Source: Candidatus Uhrbacteria bacterium
GTDB taxonomy: Bacteria; Patescibacteriota; Patescibacteriia; JACQRZ01
Assembly: GCA_023246955.1 (NCBI GenBank)
Contig: JAHFHK010000005.1
Location: 1 to 40,235, forward strand
Reading direction: 5' to 3'
DNA length: 40,235 nt
The translations under genes were made by a program, and so were the position numbers. Positions 9,311 through 19,689 of the stretch are shown here, one piece after another. A model generated the notes under the pieces. It ran no database searches. It was not told the origin of the DNA and worked only from the letters and a program-made list of their open reading frames with translations. Within the stretch, counting starts at the first letter, position 1. The number at the start of each line of letters is the position of its first letter.

Positions 9311-10345
9311 ATGCCTGTCAAATGGACCAATGAACGTATTGACATTAACCAGCGTCGTATTATTAATGGCGCTGACGCTGATGTAATTCAGCTCTACCCC
9401 ATGAAGCATACGTTTGCGTGGGATGCATATAATACGGGGAATGCGAACCATTGGCTTCCAACGGAGATAGGGATGCAAAAGGATATTGAACAGTGGCGCT
9501 CGAGTACGGTCTTGTCTGAAGATGAGAGAAGGGCGTTCAAGGTGGTCTTGGGGTTTTTTACAACGGCTGATTCAATCGCGGCAAACAACATTGTTTTGGC
9601 AGCGTATAAGCACGTTACGTCTCCGGAGTGTCGTATGTATCTCTTGCGTCAGGGGTATGAAGAGGCGATCCACACTCACGCATATCAATATATCGTAGAG
9701 AGTTTGGGACTCGATGAGGGAGAGATCTTTAACATGTATCGCGAGGTGGAGGCGATATATAACAAGGACAATTTTATTCTTTCGTTCAATGAAGGGATTT
9801 TTGATCCGATGTTCAAGACGGGGATGCTGGAAACTGATCAGAAGTTTTTGGAGAATATTGTTGTTTTTTCTCTCATTATGGAGGGGATATTCTTTTATTC
9901 AGCATTTGCGGTTATGTTTGGGTTTCAGAGGCAGAATAAAATGGTGGGGTCTGCTGAGCAGATTCAATACATCATGCGTGATGAGTCACAGCACTTGAAC
10001 TTTGGGATCAATCTTATCAATACCATTAAACAAGAGCAGCCAGAAGTTTGGACTTCTGAGTTTCAGGCGCATGTGGTTGATCTCGTGCGCCGTGCGGTTG
10101 AGCTTGAAGTCACGTTTGCTCAGACGGTTTTCCCGAAGGGTATTTTTGGGATGAATGCAGAGGGGTTTCGCCAATATATTGAATATATTGCTGATCGTCG
10201 TCTTGCAAGTGTTGCGTTGCCTATTCAGTATGATGTGGTTAATCCTTTTCCTTGGATGTCGGAGGCGGTTGATTTGTCGAAAGAGAAGAATTTCTTTGAG
10301 ACACGAGTTACTGAATATCAGGTTGGTGGTGCGCTGCAGTGGTAG
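9311..10345 (+). CDS. nrdB: Class Ia ribonucleotide reductase beta subunit
   Basis: FFTTADS, EEAIHTHAY (radical Tyr present), MEGIFFY, RDESQH, NFFETRVTEYQ. Confidence 0.95.
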   Translation: MPVKWTNERIDINQRRIINGADADVIQLYPMKHTFAWDAYNTGNANHWLPTEIGMQKDIEQWRSSTVLSEDERRAFKVVLGFFTTADSIAANNIVLAAYKHVTSPECRMYLLRQGYEEAIHTHAYQYIVESLGLDEGEIFNMYREVEAIYNKDNFILSFNEGIFDPMFKTGMLETDQKFLENIVVFSLIMEGIFFYSAFAVMFGFQRQNKMVGSAEQIQYIMRDESQHLNFGINLINTIKQEQPEVWTSEFQAHVVDLVRRAVELEVTFAQTVFPKGIFGMNAEGFRQYIEYIADRRLASVALPIQYDVVNPFPWMSEAVDLSKEKNFFETRVTEYQVGGALQW

Positions 10346-10463
10346 GGAGACCTCCGGGGGTGTATCGTTATTTCCAAGAGCGTTGCCTAAACAGCAACGT
10401 TCTTTTTTGCTTCGTACCCTCAAAGGCCTTTCTTTTTCGTGATATACTAATGGGGCTATCACT

Positions 10464-11066
10464 ATGACCCCTCGTTTCATAAAAAAACAATTTCAGTTTT
10501 TGACGACATTCACCTCTCAGCATATTCTTGTTGTTTTTGCTTCTTTTTGGCTGACGGTATTAGGAGTGCGTGGAGGTATTTTTTGGTTGGTGGATCATGG
10601 TATTTTTCCTTGGATTTTTATCGGTGATTACCATATTCATCATTTTGTGAGTGGGTTTTTGGTTATTGTTATCTCTGCAGTACTTATCACAAAGACTTCA
10701 TGGTTTCGCTATGTCCCTCTGTTTCTTTTTGGTTGTGGTATGGGCCTTGTGGTTGATGAGACGATCTTTTGGCTGAGAGGGGATTTTGGTTATTTTGCTT
10801 ACTGGAGTATTTTTAATTTACTTGCGGTGGGTGTGGGCGCTTCGATCATTGTTCTCTGGTATAGTCATAAAAAGAAACAGGAGCGTGATCTTACGCTCTC
10901 CGTTATCCGTCGCGTGTGGGCTACTTCATGGCCTCTGATTGTTATGACGAGTATTGGGTTTATCCTCTTGGTTGAAATTTTTTCTTTTGAGAACACTACA
11001 TTGTGGCAGATAAAGGAGCAGATCAAGGATCATGATATAACCAGAACGCTCCTCAACCAGCGGTAG
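10464..11066 (+). CDS. Hypothetical integral membrane protein
   Basis: About five hydrophobic helices; YHIHH and GLVVDE motifs. Confidence 0.7.
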   Translation: MTPRFIKKQFQFLTTFTSQHILVVFASFWLTVLGVRGGIFWLVDHGIFPWIFIGDYHIHHFVSGFLVIVISAVLITKTSWFRYVPLFLFGCGMGLVVDETIFWLRGDFGYFAYWSIFNLLAVGVGASIIVLWYSHKKKQERDLTLSVIRRVWATSWPLIVMTSIGFILLVEIFSFENTTLWQIKEQIKDHDITRTLLNQR

Positions 11067-11067
11067 G

Positions 11068-11673
11068 TCATGCTTTTTTATGGAGGTTGTTTGTGATAAT
11101 TCGAACAATAGCTGGTATGAATGATAGGACCACGATGCCAATGATTATTGGGACTATATAGCGTTCGATGTGTGGTACTGAATTTCCCAGGAAATACCCC
11201 AGGAGCGTCACTGAAAGGGTCCATAACGCCCCTCCGAGGACGTTATACGTCACAAATGTGGAATACTGCATCTTTCCGACTCCGGCGAGTAGAGGAACGA
11301 TTGCTCGGACAATCGGCATAAAGCGTGCCATGACGATCGTGATGGGACCATAGTGGCTATAATATGCTTTTGCGCTATCGAGGTGACTTTTTTTGAAAGA
11401 TTGAGCATTTTTGCGTTCAAATACTTTTGGGCCAAACTTTGCCCCTAGTGCATATCCTGCGCTATCTCCTGCTACTGCCGCGACAAAGATGATGATGAGC
11501 AGTAGCACTATAGAGAAGTGCCCTTGAGATGCTAGGATTCCTGCAGTGAAGAGAAGGCTGTCTCCGGGGAGGAAAAACCCTACCACCATCCCCGATTCGA
11601 GGAAAATAATCGTAAATATGCCGAGATAGCCTACTGTTGCGACGAGCTGCGGGACGTTAAAGAGAAAATCCAT
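11068..11673 (-). CDS. dedA: DedA / VTT domain membrane protein
   Basis: FLESG, FFLPGDSLLFTAG and ARFMPIVR motifs. Confidence 0.9.
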   Translation of the reverse strand: MDFLFNVPQLVATVGYLGIFTIIFLESGMVVGFFLPGDSLLFTAGILASQGHFSIVLLLIIIFVAAVAGDSAGYALGAKFGPKVFERKNAQSFKKSHLDSAKAYYSHYGPITIVMARFMPIVRAIVPLLAGVGKMQYSTFVTYNVLGGALWTLSVTLLGYFLGNSVPHIERYIVPIIIGIVVLSFIPAIVRIITNNLHKKA

Positions 11674-11771
11674 AGGCGCTAGGGCGTACCTTTTCGCCTA
11701 TAGCGAATGGTTACGGGGCAAAATTATAAAAATATGCTAGGGTACTAGTGTCCATAAGTATACCAATATAT

Positions 11772-12941
11772 ATGATATCCGTAGAGGTTTTTATCGCGCT
11801 TTTCGTTGGCCTTGTTATTGGAGGGGTTCTTTTCTTGCTATTTTCAAAAAAGAATTCAGGCCTCGATATGGATGCCGCGCTTGAATCGCGCATGATGCAT
11901 CTTTCGCAAGAAATTATACAGAATTCTCATGAGCAGTTTTTGACGCTTGCCCAGGAGCGTCTGTCTCGCCATCAAGATACGATCCAAAAAGATGTTGATC
12001 ACAAAAAGAGTTCAATAGAGGCTTTGATTGGTGAGATGCGGAAGGATCTTTTGCAGACCAAAGAGCATTTTCAAAAATCAGATCTTGAACGTACGTCAAC
12101 ATTTGCGTCACTCAAGCAGGAGCTAGAGACGTACAAAAAAATTACCGGGGATCTGCAGGGAAGTGCTGATGAGCTTAAAAAAGTATTATCGAATAACCAG
12201 CTTCGCGGACAGTTTGGTGAACAGATTGCGGAGAACCTTTTGAAGATGGCGGGGTTTGTTATAGGGCAAGATTATATTATTAATACTGCGCAAGAGTCGA
12301 CGAATACTCGGCCTGATTTCACAGTGTTCCTCCCTGATAAGACGAAGATTAATATCGATGTAAAATTCCCCTATGCTGCGCTAGTGCGTGCGGCAGGTAC
12401 GGAAGATCAGCAAGAAAAAGAACACCACTATAAGACATTTGCGTCTGATGTTCGTCAAAAAATTAAGCAGGTGACAACGCGTGATTATATTAACCCCGAA
12501 GAAAAGACCGTCGATTTTGTTATCCTCTTTATTCCTAACGAGATGATCTTTAGTTATATTTTTGATCAATGTAATGATATCTGGGAGGAGGCAATGGCAA
12601 AGAAAGTTATCATGTCTGGTCCTTACGGCTTCACCGCTCTTCTTCGTATGGTAAAACAGGCGTATACGAACTTTCGCTATCAAGAAAATCTGCAGCATGT
12701 TATTGGTCTGATACAGAAGTTTGAAGGGGAGTATGAAAAATTCCAGGGAGCGTTTAGTTTGCTCGGTGATCGTCTTTCTTCGGCCACAAAACAGTACGAG
12801 CTGGTCTCTGGAACTCGTTCTCGGGCGATGAACCGAGTTCTGGATCAAATTCGTAACGAACAAAAGTTTGATTCAGCGGAAGATATCCCTATATTGCCTC
12901 TTGCTCCTCTTTCGGAACCTGAAAATGAAGAGGATCGTTGA
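11772..12941 (+). CDS. rmuC: DNA recombination protein RmuC
   Basis: N-terminal TM and coiled coil; RGQFGE, RPD, IDVKFP and DFVILFIPNE motifs. Confidence 0.9.
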   Translation: MISVEVFIALFVGLVIGGVLFLLFSKKNSGLDMDAALESRMMHLSQEIIQNSHEQFLTLAQERLSRHQDTIQKDVDHKKSSIEALIGEMRKDLLQTKEHFQKSDLERTSTFASLKQELETYKKITGDLQGSADELKKVLSNNQLRGQFGEQIAENLLKMAGFVIGQDYIINTAQESTNTRPDFTVFLPDKTKINIDVKFPYAALVRAAGTEDQQEKEHHYKTFASDVRQKIKQVTTRDYINPEEKTVDFVILFIPNEMIFSYIFDQCNDIWEEAMAKKVIMSGPYGFTALLRMVKQAYTNFRYQENLQHVIGLIQKFEGEYEKFQGAFSLLGDRLSSATKQYELVSGTRSRAMNRVLDQIRNEQKFDSAEDIPILPLAPLSEPENEEDR

Positions 12942-12990
12942 CGAAGACGCGATACTTTGTTTAAATGAGGTCCGTCGTGGTATGTGGCGG

Positions 12991-13078
12991 GGAGGGTTCG
13001 CATAGTGGTCTAGTGCGCTCGCCTGGAACGCGGGTATGTCGCAAGGCATCAAGAGTTCGAATCTCTTACCCTCCGCCA
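12991..13078 (+). tRNA. tRNA-Ser (GGA)
   Basis: Acceptor GGAGGGT/ACCCTCC with G-CCA; anticodon loop CT-GGA-AC; long variable arm; GTTCGAATC T-loop. Confidence 0.95.
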
Positions 13079-13304
13079 GATATTATGAAGATACCGTTTC
13101 GCTTTTTTGTAGTATTAAGAAAAAAATTCCACGCCACCGAGCAGGGGATTTTTTTATTGAAATGTACTTTATCTTTAGTGTACCGGAGAGTTTTCTTTAC
13201 CTACATCTGCATAAGCATTGTTCCTGAAATAATGTACATAACTCGTCAACCGTGAGAAAATTGATATAGGATACTACTTGATGCGTATCATTATCTTAGA
13301 ACAC

Positions 13305-16300
13305 ATGAACGGGAGAGGTATCATTAAGAAGTTGTATTGTTTCTTCGCGCTTGTTTTTGGCGTATTTCTTTTTGTATTCTTTAGTTCTCCCGCCCCAGCG
13401 GTAGAGGCAGCTACGACGTGCACCGCAACTGCTACCGGTAATTGGAATACGACCGGTACTTGGGATTGTGGTCATGTTCCGCTTTCTATAGATGACGTTG
13501 TAATATCCTCGGCAGTTGCTACGACTATTACCGTTGACACTGCAGCAGTAGCAAATTCGGTCACCGTAACTAACAGTGCTGTTGCTGGTACCCAGAATAT
13601 AATTTTAGCTGTTAATGCTAACTCGCTCACTATTTCCGCTTTAGGAGGTATCACAATCAACGGTGGCGGTGCTACTAATAGAAATGCAGAAGTTACCGTG
13701 AGCACTGGAGCCATCACCGTTCCGGGCAGTGTTGCTTTTAATAACGTCAGAGCGCAATTTATTTCCACTGGGGCGAGTACCCTTACTGTTGGTACTAATT
13801 TTGGTTCCGCTGGAACTGTCACTACCAGCGGAACTGGCACTATTAACTTCAATGGTTTTGTTGCTCAAACAATTGGTACGTACACTACATATAATAATGT
13901 CCAGATAGATAACTCGAGTGGGGGTGTTAGCTTTACGGGGACCACGACGATTGGAGGAACGTTATTGGTGAATACCGGCACGCTTGATATTGCAGGATTT
14001 AGCACAACGGTTACTGGCGCAACAACGGTTAACAGTACGTTGACGCTCAGTAACACTGCTGGTACTAAAACATTTGGTGATTTGACTATTGCGAATGGGG
14101 GGGTGATGAATTTTACTGCTGCTGAGGGTATTACTGAGACCGGTAGTGTTGCCGCTAACGGGGCCGGCACAATTACCGGAACAACGGGTACTTGGCTTTT
14201 TCAGCGCGTGGGGGGTGGGACTATCTCCGGCACTGCATCGGGTATTTCGATTGCTAGTTCTACTTTTACTACTGCATACACTATTTCCATTCCTTTTACC
14301 TCGCTTACTATTACGGCGACAGGGGTCACCGTAACGAACAATGCAACGGTTACTGCGAATACTTCACTTGCGGGTACTGGTGGGCTCACCCAGGGAACGA
14401 GCGCAGTACTCAATATCGGTGGTACGTCTACTATTGCTACCCTTACCGCTACCGCTAGTCCTAATACCGTTAATTATACAAGTACTGCTGCAAATCAGAC
14501 TCTTATCGGGACAACGTATCACCACCTCGTTATCAATAAAACTGGTAGGGTTGGTGCCCTGGGAGCTATTACAATTGTGAACGGTAACCTTACTGTTAGT
14601 GCTGGAACGCTTGCTGACGGCGGTTTCCAGATCACCGGAAATGCAACTGGTGTATTTACCTTGGCGTCCGCTACGTCACTGACATTGGGGACTGTGACGA
14701 CTGCCACTGCTTTCCCGACGGGTTTTATCAATGCAAATACTGCGCTCGATGCTACAAGTACCGTTACGTATAACTCGAATTTGGCTCAAAATATTAGCAA
14801 TGTACCCAACTATGGCAATCTGACCCTCACTACTGCAGCCTCTGTTACCAAAACGGCTCTCGGTGCGTTGACGGTGAACGGTAATTGGGTTACTGGCGCT
14901 AATAATACCTTCGATAATGGGGGATTTACTATTTCTATAAAAGGAAATGCAACGGCGACAGGGACTCATACTGGAGGCGGGAAGATTCTTTTCAGTGGTG
15001 GGTCTGGTTCACATAGTCTTTCTGGTTCTGGATTTAATAATGTTGAGCTTGACGATGCTAATGGAGCCGCCCTGGCCGCCACCACTGCTCTTAGCGGTAC
15101 ATTGACTCTCGCGACAGGAACGTTCACTGTGGGAGCTTTTGCTCTTACGATTACCGGTACCACTACGGTAGGCACTGGCACCATACTCTCTATCACTAGC
15201 GCGACTGGTGCGAAGACCATTGGGGATCTTATTGTTAATGGTGCTGGGTCTGTCACAGGTACCGCAGGTACTCTGACGTTTGCGAAATCTGGTGGTGGCT
15301 CCATATCAGGAACAGCGACATCCTTGAATCTGGGTTCAGCCGGCGCTACGTTTACTTCGAGCTACACTCTTCCATTTCCCTTTACTTCTGGCGCCATGGT
15401 AGTGACCGGAGCGGGGACTACTGTTACCAATACTTCGACTACTACCGTTAATGGCACCCTGTCGGGTACGGGTATTTTTACTCAGAATGCAAATACGACA
15501 CTCAGCGTTCGTTCTGCTACGATTACCACCCTGAACGCGACTGCTACCGGCAATACTGTCCATTATATTGGTGGCGTTGCGGGAGCGGTAAAGGGCACTT
15601 CGTATGTCGATGTCGATATTAATAAAACCACTGGCTTTACTGCAAGTGCTAGTGGTACTGTTAATGTGACAGGAAGCTTAACGGTTACTTCGGGTATCTT
15701 GAACTTCGCAAGCAGTACGTTTACGGTTACTGGTACCACCGATATCTTCGATACTATCACTGATAATAGCGGCGGCAGTGGCGGCGGCAGTAATGTATTC
15801 CAGGGTCTCGTGACGGGGCATTCTGCGTCAGTATGGAATGCCGTTGTTGGAGAAGTATGTGATTTTAATTTTTCCCATGGCCTTGTTTTTAGCGGCACAA
15901 CATTTACCTCTGGGACTGGTACATACCGTTTTGGGTCTAACGATCAAAGTGTTTCAGGAACGCTTCCTCTTTCTATTACGAGCATAGAGGTTAATGGTAT
16001 TCATCTTGTCAACAGTAGTATTGCTACTATTAACAATCTTACAATCAACACCGCTGGCGGCTACGTCTCGAGTAGTGCTTTGACTATCAACGGAATTCTC
16101 AATATGGCAGGAGGCAATCCTTCTGCAACGGTGGGTGAGCTTGATTTGGGTTCTAATACTCTGACTATGGGGGCATCGGCTACTACAACAGGTGCGGGCG
16201 ATGTTACAGGGATCGTGAAGAGGACATCATTTATTGCGAATACTTCCTATACGTTTGGCAATCAGTTCACTACTGTTAATTTTAGTAATGTTGGCACTTT

Positions 16301-19300
16301 GCCTACTGATTTGAGTTTTAGAATTACTATTGGTGCGGCGCCTACCTGGAAGACAGGGTCTGTCAAGAGGCGCTATTCGGTTATTCAGACGGGAGCCGTG
16401 GGCAGTTTTGCGACAATATATACTCATTATCTCGATAGCGAGTTGAACGGGAATACGGAAAATAAGCTTGTATATGTACGCAGTGTCACTCCATTCACTC
16501 CGGGTGCTGAAGTGGAGTTTAGTAGAGCGAACTATGATACTGCTGATAACTGGGTCGGTATTGCTGGCATCCCGATCGCTGGGCTCCCTACAAGTTTTGG
16601 TATTGCAGAAAGTGCATTGGCAGATACTGCTATCGTCACTTCGACTTGGACTGGTACCACAAGTACCGATTGGCTCAATCCCAATAACTGGTCTGCCGTG
16701 GGGATTCCATCGGATTCTGCGAATATTGTCATTCCTGATGCTGCTAGCACCGCCTTTGATCCCTTGCTGCCTACCACCTCGATTGTTGTTAATGCGCTCA
16801 CTATTCAGAGCGGGGGTATTCTCAATGCGACCACGACTTCTACTCTTACGGTTAGCGGGGGTGCTGGCGCATGGAGTGATAACGGTGGCACGTTTAACCC
16901 CAGCACTAGTACGGTTGTGTTTACAGGTGCTGGCGCAACATTGTCCGGCACTACTAATTTTTACAACGTGACCATTAATGCCGCAGCAGCATTGTCACTT
17001 CAAGCTAATAGTATTATGCGCATTGCAGGCGCCATTGTGAATAATGGTGCGTGGAACGCTGCACAATTTGCGAGCAGCACTGTTGATTATAATGGTGGTG
17101 CACAGACAGTGCTTAATCCAAATGGCCCAACGCCAGGCTATGCTAATCTCATCTTGAGCGGCACTGGGGTCAAGACGTTACCTGGCACCGTGCTCACTCT
17201 TTCCGGAGGCCTGACACTATCGGGGGCTGCTTCCGCAACCGCAGCGGCAGCTCTCAATATTGGCTGTACTATTACTATTGGTGTAGGTACTTCTTTTAAT
17301 GCGTCCTCCTTTACTCACACAGTAGGGTGTAACTTTGTGAATAATGGTACTTTTACCCCATCTACGGGCGCGTTTACCTTCAATGGAGGCACTGCACAAG
17401 ATATCTCTGGCTCCGCTGCCATTGCGTTCAATAATTTGACTATTAATAATAGTGCAGGCCTTACACTCACGGGAATAAGTCCTGTAATTAATGGGGTGCT
17501 GACGTTTACTCTCGGCACTATTACTACGGGTGCAAATAATATATACATTAGTTCAACCGGAACTGTCTCGCGTACATCGGGACACGTAATTGGAAATTTG
17601 AAGAAGTATATCGCTACGGGGGCGACTAGCAAGACATTTGAGATTGGTAATGCCAATAACTATATGTCAGTCGATGTTTCTTTCGGAAATGTCACTACTG
17701 CTGGTGATCTCATTATGGGTATTGCAAGCGGTGATTGCTCTACCATCGGAACATCAACAATTTCCCAAGATAAAAGTGTTAATGCCTGCTGGTCTTTAAG
17801 TAGTTCAGGAATTGTATTTACTAACTATGCTTCCGTATTTCATTTTATTAATCCGGGGAACCTTGATGCTGGTGCCAATCCCTTGAACTTTATAGTTGGA
17901 GGGTATAACGGTGCTACTTGGTCTTACCCTACGGTGGGCACGTTGACTTCGACGAGCACGCAAATTACTGGGGCAACTACTTTCTTTAATGCTTTCCAAA
18001 TAGGGGAGACTAACACTGCCCCTACCGTGAGTGCCATTGCCGTTACGGGAACCGCTACTGTTGGTAATATTCTTGCCGGTACCTATGCCTATGGCGACCT
18101 CGATGGTGACCTTGAGGGTACGTCTACCTATCACTGGCTGCGCGATAGCGTTGCCATTACTGGCGCTACCTCATCGACGTATACGCTCACTGCTATTGAT
18201 AGTGGAAAAATAATTTCATTTGAGGTAACCCCGGTGGCACTCACGGGTATTGTTACTGGTAGCGCCTTGGCGGGGGGCGACACCGTGGTGCTGAATAGTG
18301 CCCCTATCGCTTCTAGTGTTCTTGCCTCCGGGACTTCCACCGCCATTGGTACTCTTTTGAGTGGCAGTTATACGTATAGTGATCTTGATGGTGATCTCGA
18401 AGGCACTACCACGTTTCGTTGGTTGCGAAATGGTGCCGCTATTTCTGGCGCTACCACTGTTACTTATACCCTTGTTGCTGCGGATGCAGGGACCACCATT
18501 AAGTTTGAGGTTACCCCTAACGCACTTACCGGTACCACGGCGGGGGCTATTGCCACCAGCGTCGGCCTCTTTATCCCTGCTAGCGCCTCGTCTGGAGGAG
18601 GTAGTATCCCCCTTCCTATATTTCTCACCACTCCTTCACCTTCACCTTCACCTTCACCTTCTCCGTCTCCTTCCCCATCAAGTTCTCTCATAGAGCCTCT
18701 TACTATTTCGCAGGTTCAACAGATTCTTGCCCAGCGCGCCGATTTGGTGGCAAAACTTCCTTTGCCGGTTCATGCCTTGATCAAGCGTGCGAGTGACGGC
18801 AATCCTCTGACGCAGGATGATTCTACGATATATTATCTCGGCTCCGATGGGTATCGTCATGCGTTTCCTGACCCCAAGGTTTATTTTACTTGGTTTTGTA
18901 ACTTTTCTCTTGTGCGGGTTGTCTCTGCTGATCAGCTTGCGTCAGTGCCGCTGGGTCCAAGCATTACGTATCGACCGGGACTGAAGATGGTTAAATTTAC
19001 CACCTTCCCTGTTGTTTATGTTATCGAAAAAGGTGGTATCCTGCGTGCTATTTCTTCGGAGCTTCTGGCTGCACAGTTGTATGGGGATGATTGGAGCAAA
19101 AATATTGATGATATTCCTGACGTGTTCTTTCCTAGCTATACATTCGGTACCCCCCTTCAGACCGTCTCCGATTTTAACCCTTCTAATGTCTCTGGGTCCG
19201 TTTCGGTTCCCAGTGATACCTTTGGTCTCATAGGGTATGTGCAAGAGAATGCCGGCACCGTCCTTGCCTGTACGAAGCCTATTACTCCTACTTTGTCTTC

Positions 19301-19580
19301 ATGGCCATACATTTTTCCAAAAACATGGGCCTTTACTGTTGATATTAATTCTGATTCTTCTGATGCTCTCTTGGTGAAATATCTCCAAGATTTCTTGAAA
19401 GTAGAAGGATCGGATATCTATCCCGAGGGGATTATTAGCGGCGTATATGGTTCACGTACTATCCGGGCGGTTACGCGTTTTCAGGCTGAGTATGGCATGC
19501 CCCAGGTTGGTGTTGTTGGCCCACTTACTCGCATGAAGATTAATGAGATTCTTCATTCTCGGGCTACAAATGGCTCATAA
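13305..19580 (+). CDS. Giant (~2090 aa) secreted or cell-surface protein, putative adhesin
   Basis: Signal peptide ending VEA-A; Thr/Gly/Asn-rich beta repeats; two Ig-like repeats; Pro-Ser linker; C-terminal peptidoglycan-binding-like motif (VKYLQDFL...GVYGSRTIRAVTRFQ...GVVGPLTR). Confidence 0.85.
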   Translation: MNGRGIIKKLYCFFALVFGVFLFVFFSSPAPAVEAATTCTATATGNWNTTGTWDCGHVPLSIDDVVISSAVATTITVDTAAVANSVTVTNSAVAGTQNIILAVNANSLTISALGGITINGGGATNRNAEVTVSTGAITVPGSVAFNNVRAQFISTGASTLTVGTNFGSAGTVTTSGTGTINFNGFVAQTIGTYTTYNNVQIDNSSGGVSFTGTTTIGGTLLVNTGTLDIAGFSTTVTGATTVNSTLTLSNTAGTKTFGDLTIANGGVMNFTAAEGITETGSVAANGAGTITGTTGTWLFQRVGGGTISGTASGISIASSTFTTAYTISIPFTSLTITATGVTVTNNATVTANTSLAGTGGLTQGTSAVLNIGGTSTIATLTATASPNTVNYTSTAANQTLIGTTYHHLVINKTGRVGALGAITIVNGNLTVSAGTLADGGFQITGNATGVFTLASATSLTLGTVTTATAFPTGFINANTALDATSTVTYNSNLAQNISNVPNYGNLTLTTAASVTKTALGALTVNGNWVTGANNTFDNGGFTISIKGNATATGTHTGGGKILFSGGSGSHSLSGSGFNNVELDDANGAALAATTALSGTLTLATGTFTVGAFALTITGTTTVGTGTILSITSATGAKTIGDLIVNGAGSVTGTAGTLTFAKSGGGSISGTATSLNLGSAGATFTSSYTLPFPFTSGAMVVTGAGTTVTNTSTTTVNGTLSGTGIFTQNANTTLSVRSATITTLNATATGNTVHYIGGVAGAVKGTSYVDVDINKTTGFTASASGTVNVTGSLTVTSGILNFASSTFTVTGTTDIFDTITDNSGGSGGGSNVFQGLVTGHSASVWNAVVGEVCDFNFSHGLVFSGTTFTSGTGTYRFGSNDQSVSGTLPLSITSIEVNGIHLVNSSIATINNLTINTAGGYVSSSALTINGILNMAGGNPSATVGELDLGSNTLTMGASATTTGAGDVTGIVKRTSFIANTSYTFGNQFTTVNFSNVGTLPTDLSFRITIGAAPTWKTGSVKRRYSVIQTGAVGSFATIYTHYLDSELNGNTENKLVYVRSVTPFTPGAEVEFSRANYDTADNWVGIAGIPIAGLPTSFGIAESALADTAIVTSTWTGTTSTDWLNPNNWSAVGIPSDSANIVIPDAASTAFDPLLPTTSIVVNALTIQSGGILNATTTSTLTVSGGAGAWSDNGGTFNPSTSTVVFTGAGATLSGTTNFYNVTINAAAALSLQANSIMRIAGAIVNNGAWNAAQFASSTVDYNGGAQTVLNPNGPTPGYANLILSGTGVKTLPGTVLTLSGGLTLSGAASATAAAALNIGCTITIGVGTSFNASSFTHTVGCNFVNNGTFTPSTGAFTFNGGTAQDISGSAAIAFNNLTINNSAGLTLTGISPVINGVLTFTLGTITTGANNIYISSTGTVSRTSGHVIGNLKKYIATGATSKTFEIGNANNYMSVDVSFGNVTTAGDLIMGIASGDCSTIGTSTISQDKSVNACWSLSSSGIVFTNYASVFHFINPGNLDAGANPLNFIVGGYNGATWSYPTVGTLTSTSTQITGATTFFNAFQIGETNTAPTVSAIAVTGTATVGNILAGTYAYGDLDGDLEGTSTYHWLRDSVAITGATSSTYTLTAIDSGKIISFEVTPVALTGIVTGSALAGGDTVVLNSAPIASSVLASGTSTAIGTLLSGSYTYSDLDGDLEGTTTFRWLRNGAAISGATTVTYTLVAADAGTTIKFEVTPNALTGTTAGAIATSVGLFIPASASSGGGSIPLPIFLTTPSPSPSPSPSPSPSPSSSLIEPLTISQVQQILAQRADLVAKLPLPVHALIKRASDGNPLTQDDSTIYYLGSDGYRHAFPDPKVYFTWFCNFSLVRVVSADQLASVPLGPSITYRPGLKMVKFTTFPVVYVIEKGGILRAISSELLAAQLYGDDWSKNIDDIPDVFFPSYTFGTPLQTVSDFNPSNVSGSVSVPSDTFGLIGYVQENAGTVLACTKPITPTLSSWPYIFPKTWAFTVDINSDSSDALLVKYLQDFLKVEGSDIYPEGIISGVYGSRTIRAVTRFQAEYGMPQVGVVGPLTRMKINEILHSRATNGS
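18012..18520 (+). repeat. Two tandem ~94-aa Ig/cadherin-like repeats inside the giant protein
   Basis: NxAP...YxYxDLDGDLEGTxTxxWLR...GAT..TYTL...D.G..I.FEVTP occurs twice. Confidence 0.8.
18633..18680 (+). repeat. Hexamer microsatellite (CCTTCA)n encoding the Pro-Ser linker
   Basis: Four exact CCTTCA units followed by degenerate units. Confidence 0.8.
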
Positions 19581-19689
19581 AACAGTCTCATGAGACGTAC
19601 TCTCTTGTATATCGCGTGAACGCTATCGCTAAAATCATTCTCTTGTTGTGCTATAATTCTTATATCTATCGTAACGGGACCTTTCAAAT

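Noticed and set aside
9311-10345. Class Ic (Mn/Fe) ribonucleotide reductase
   Set aside because: The radical Tyr and the first Asp ligand are both retained.
12965-13255. 96-aa and 63-aa ORFs after rmuC
   Set aside because: They run through tRNA-Ser and its terminator and are spurious.
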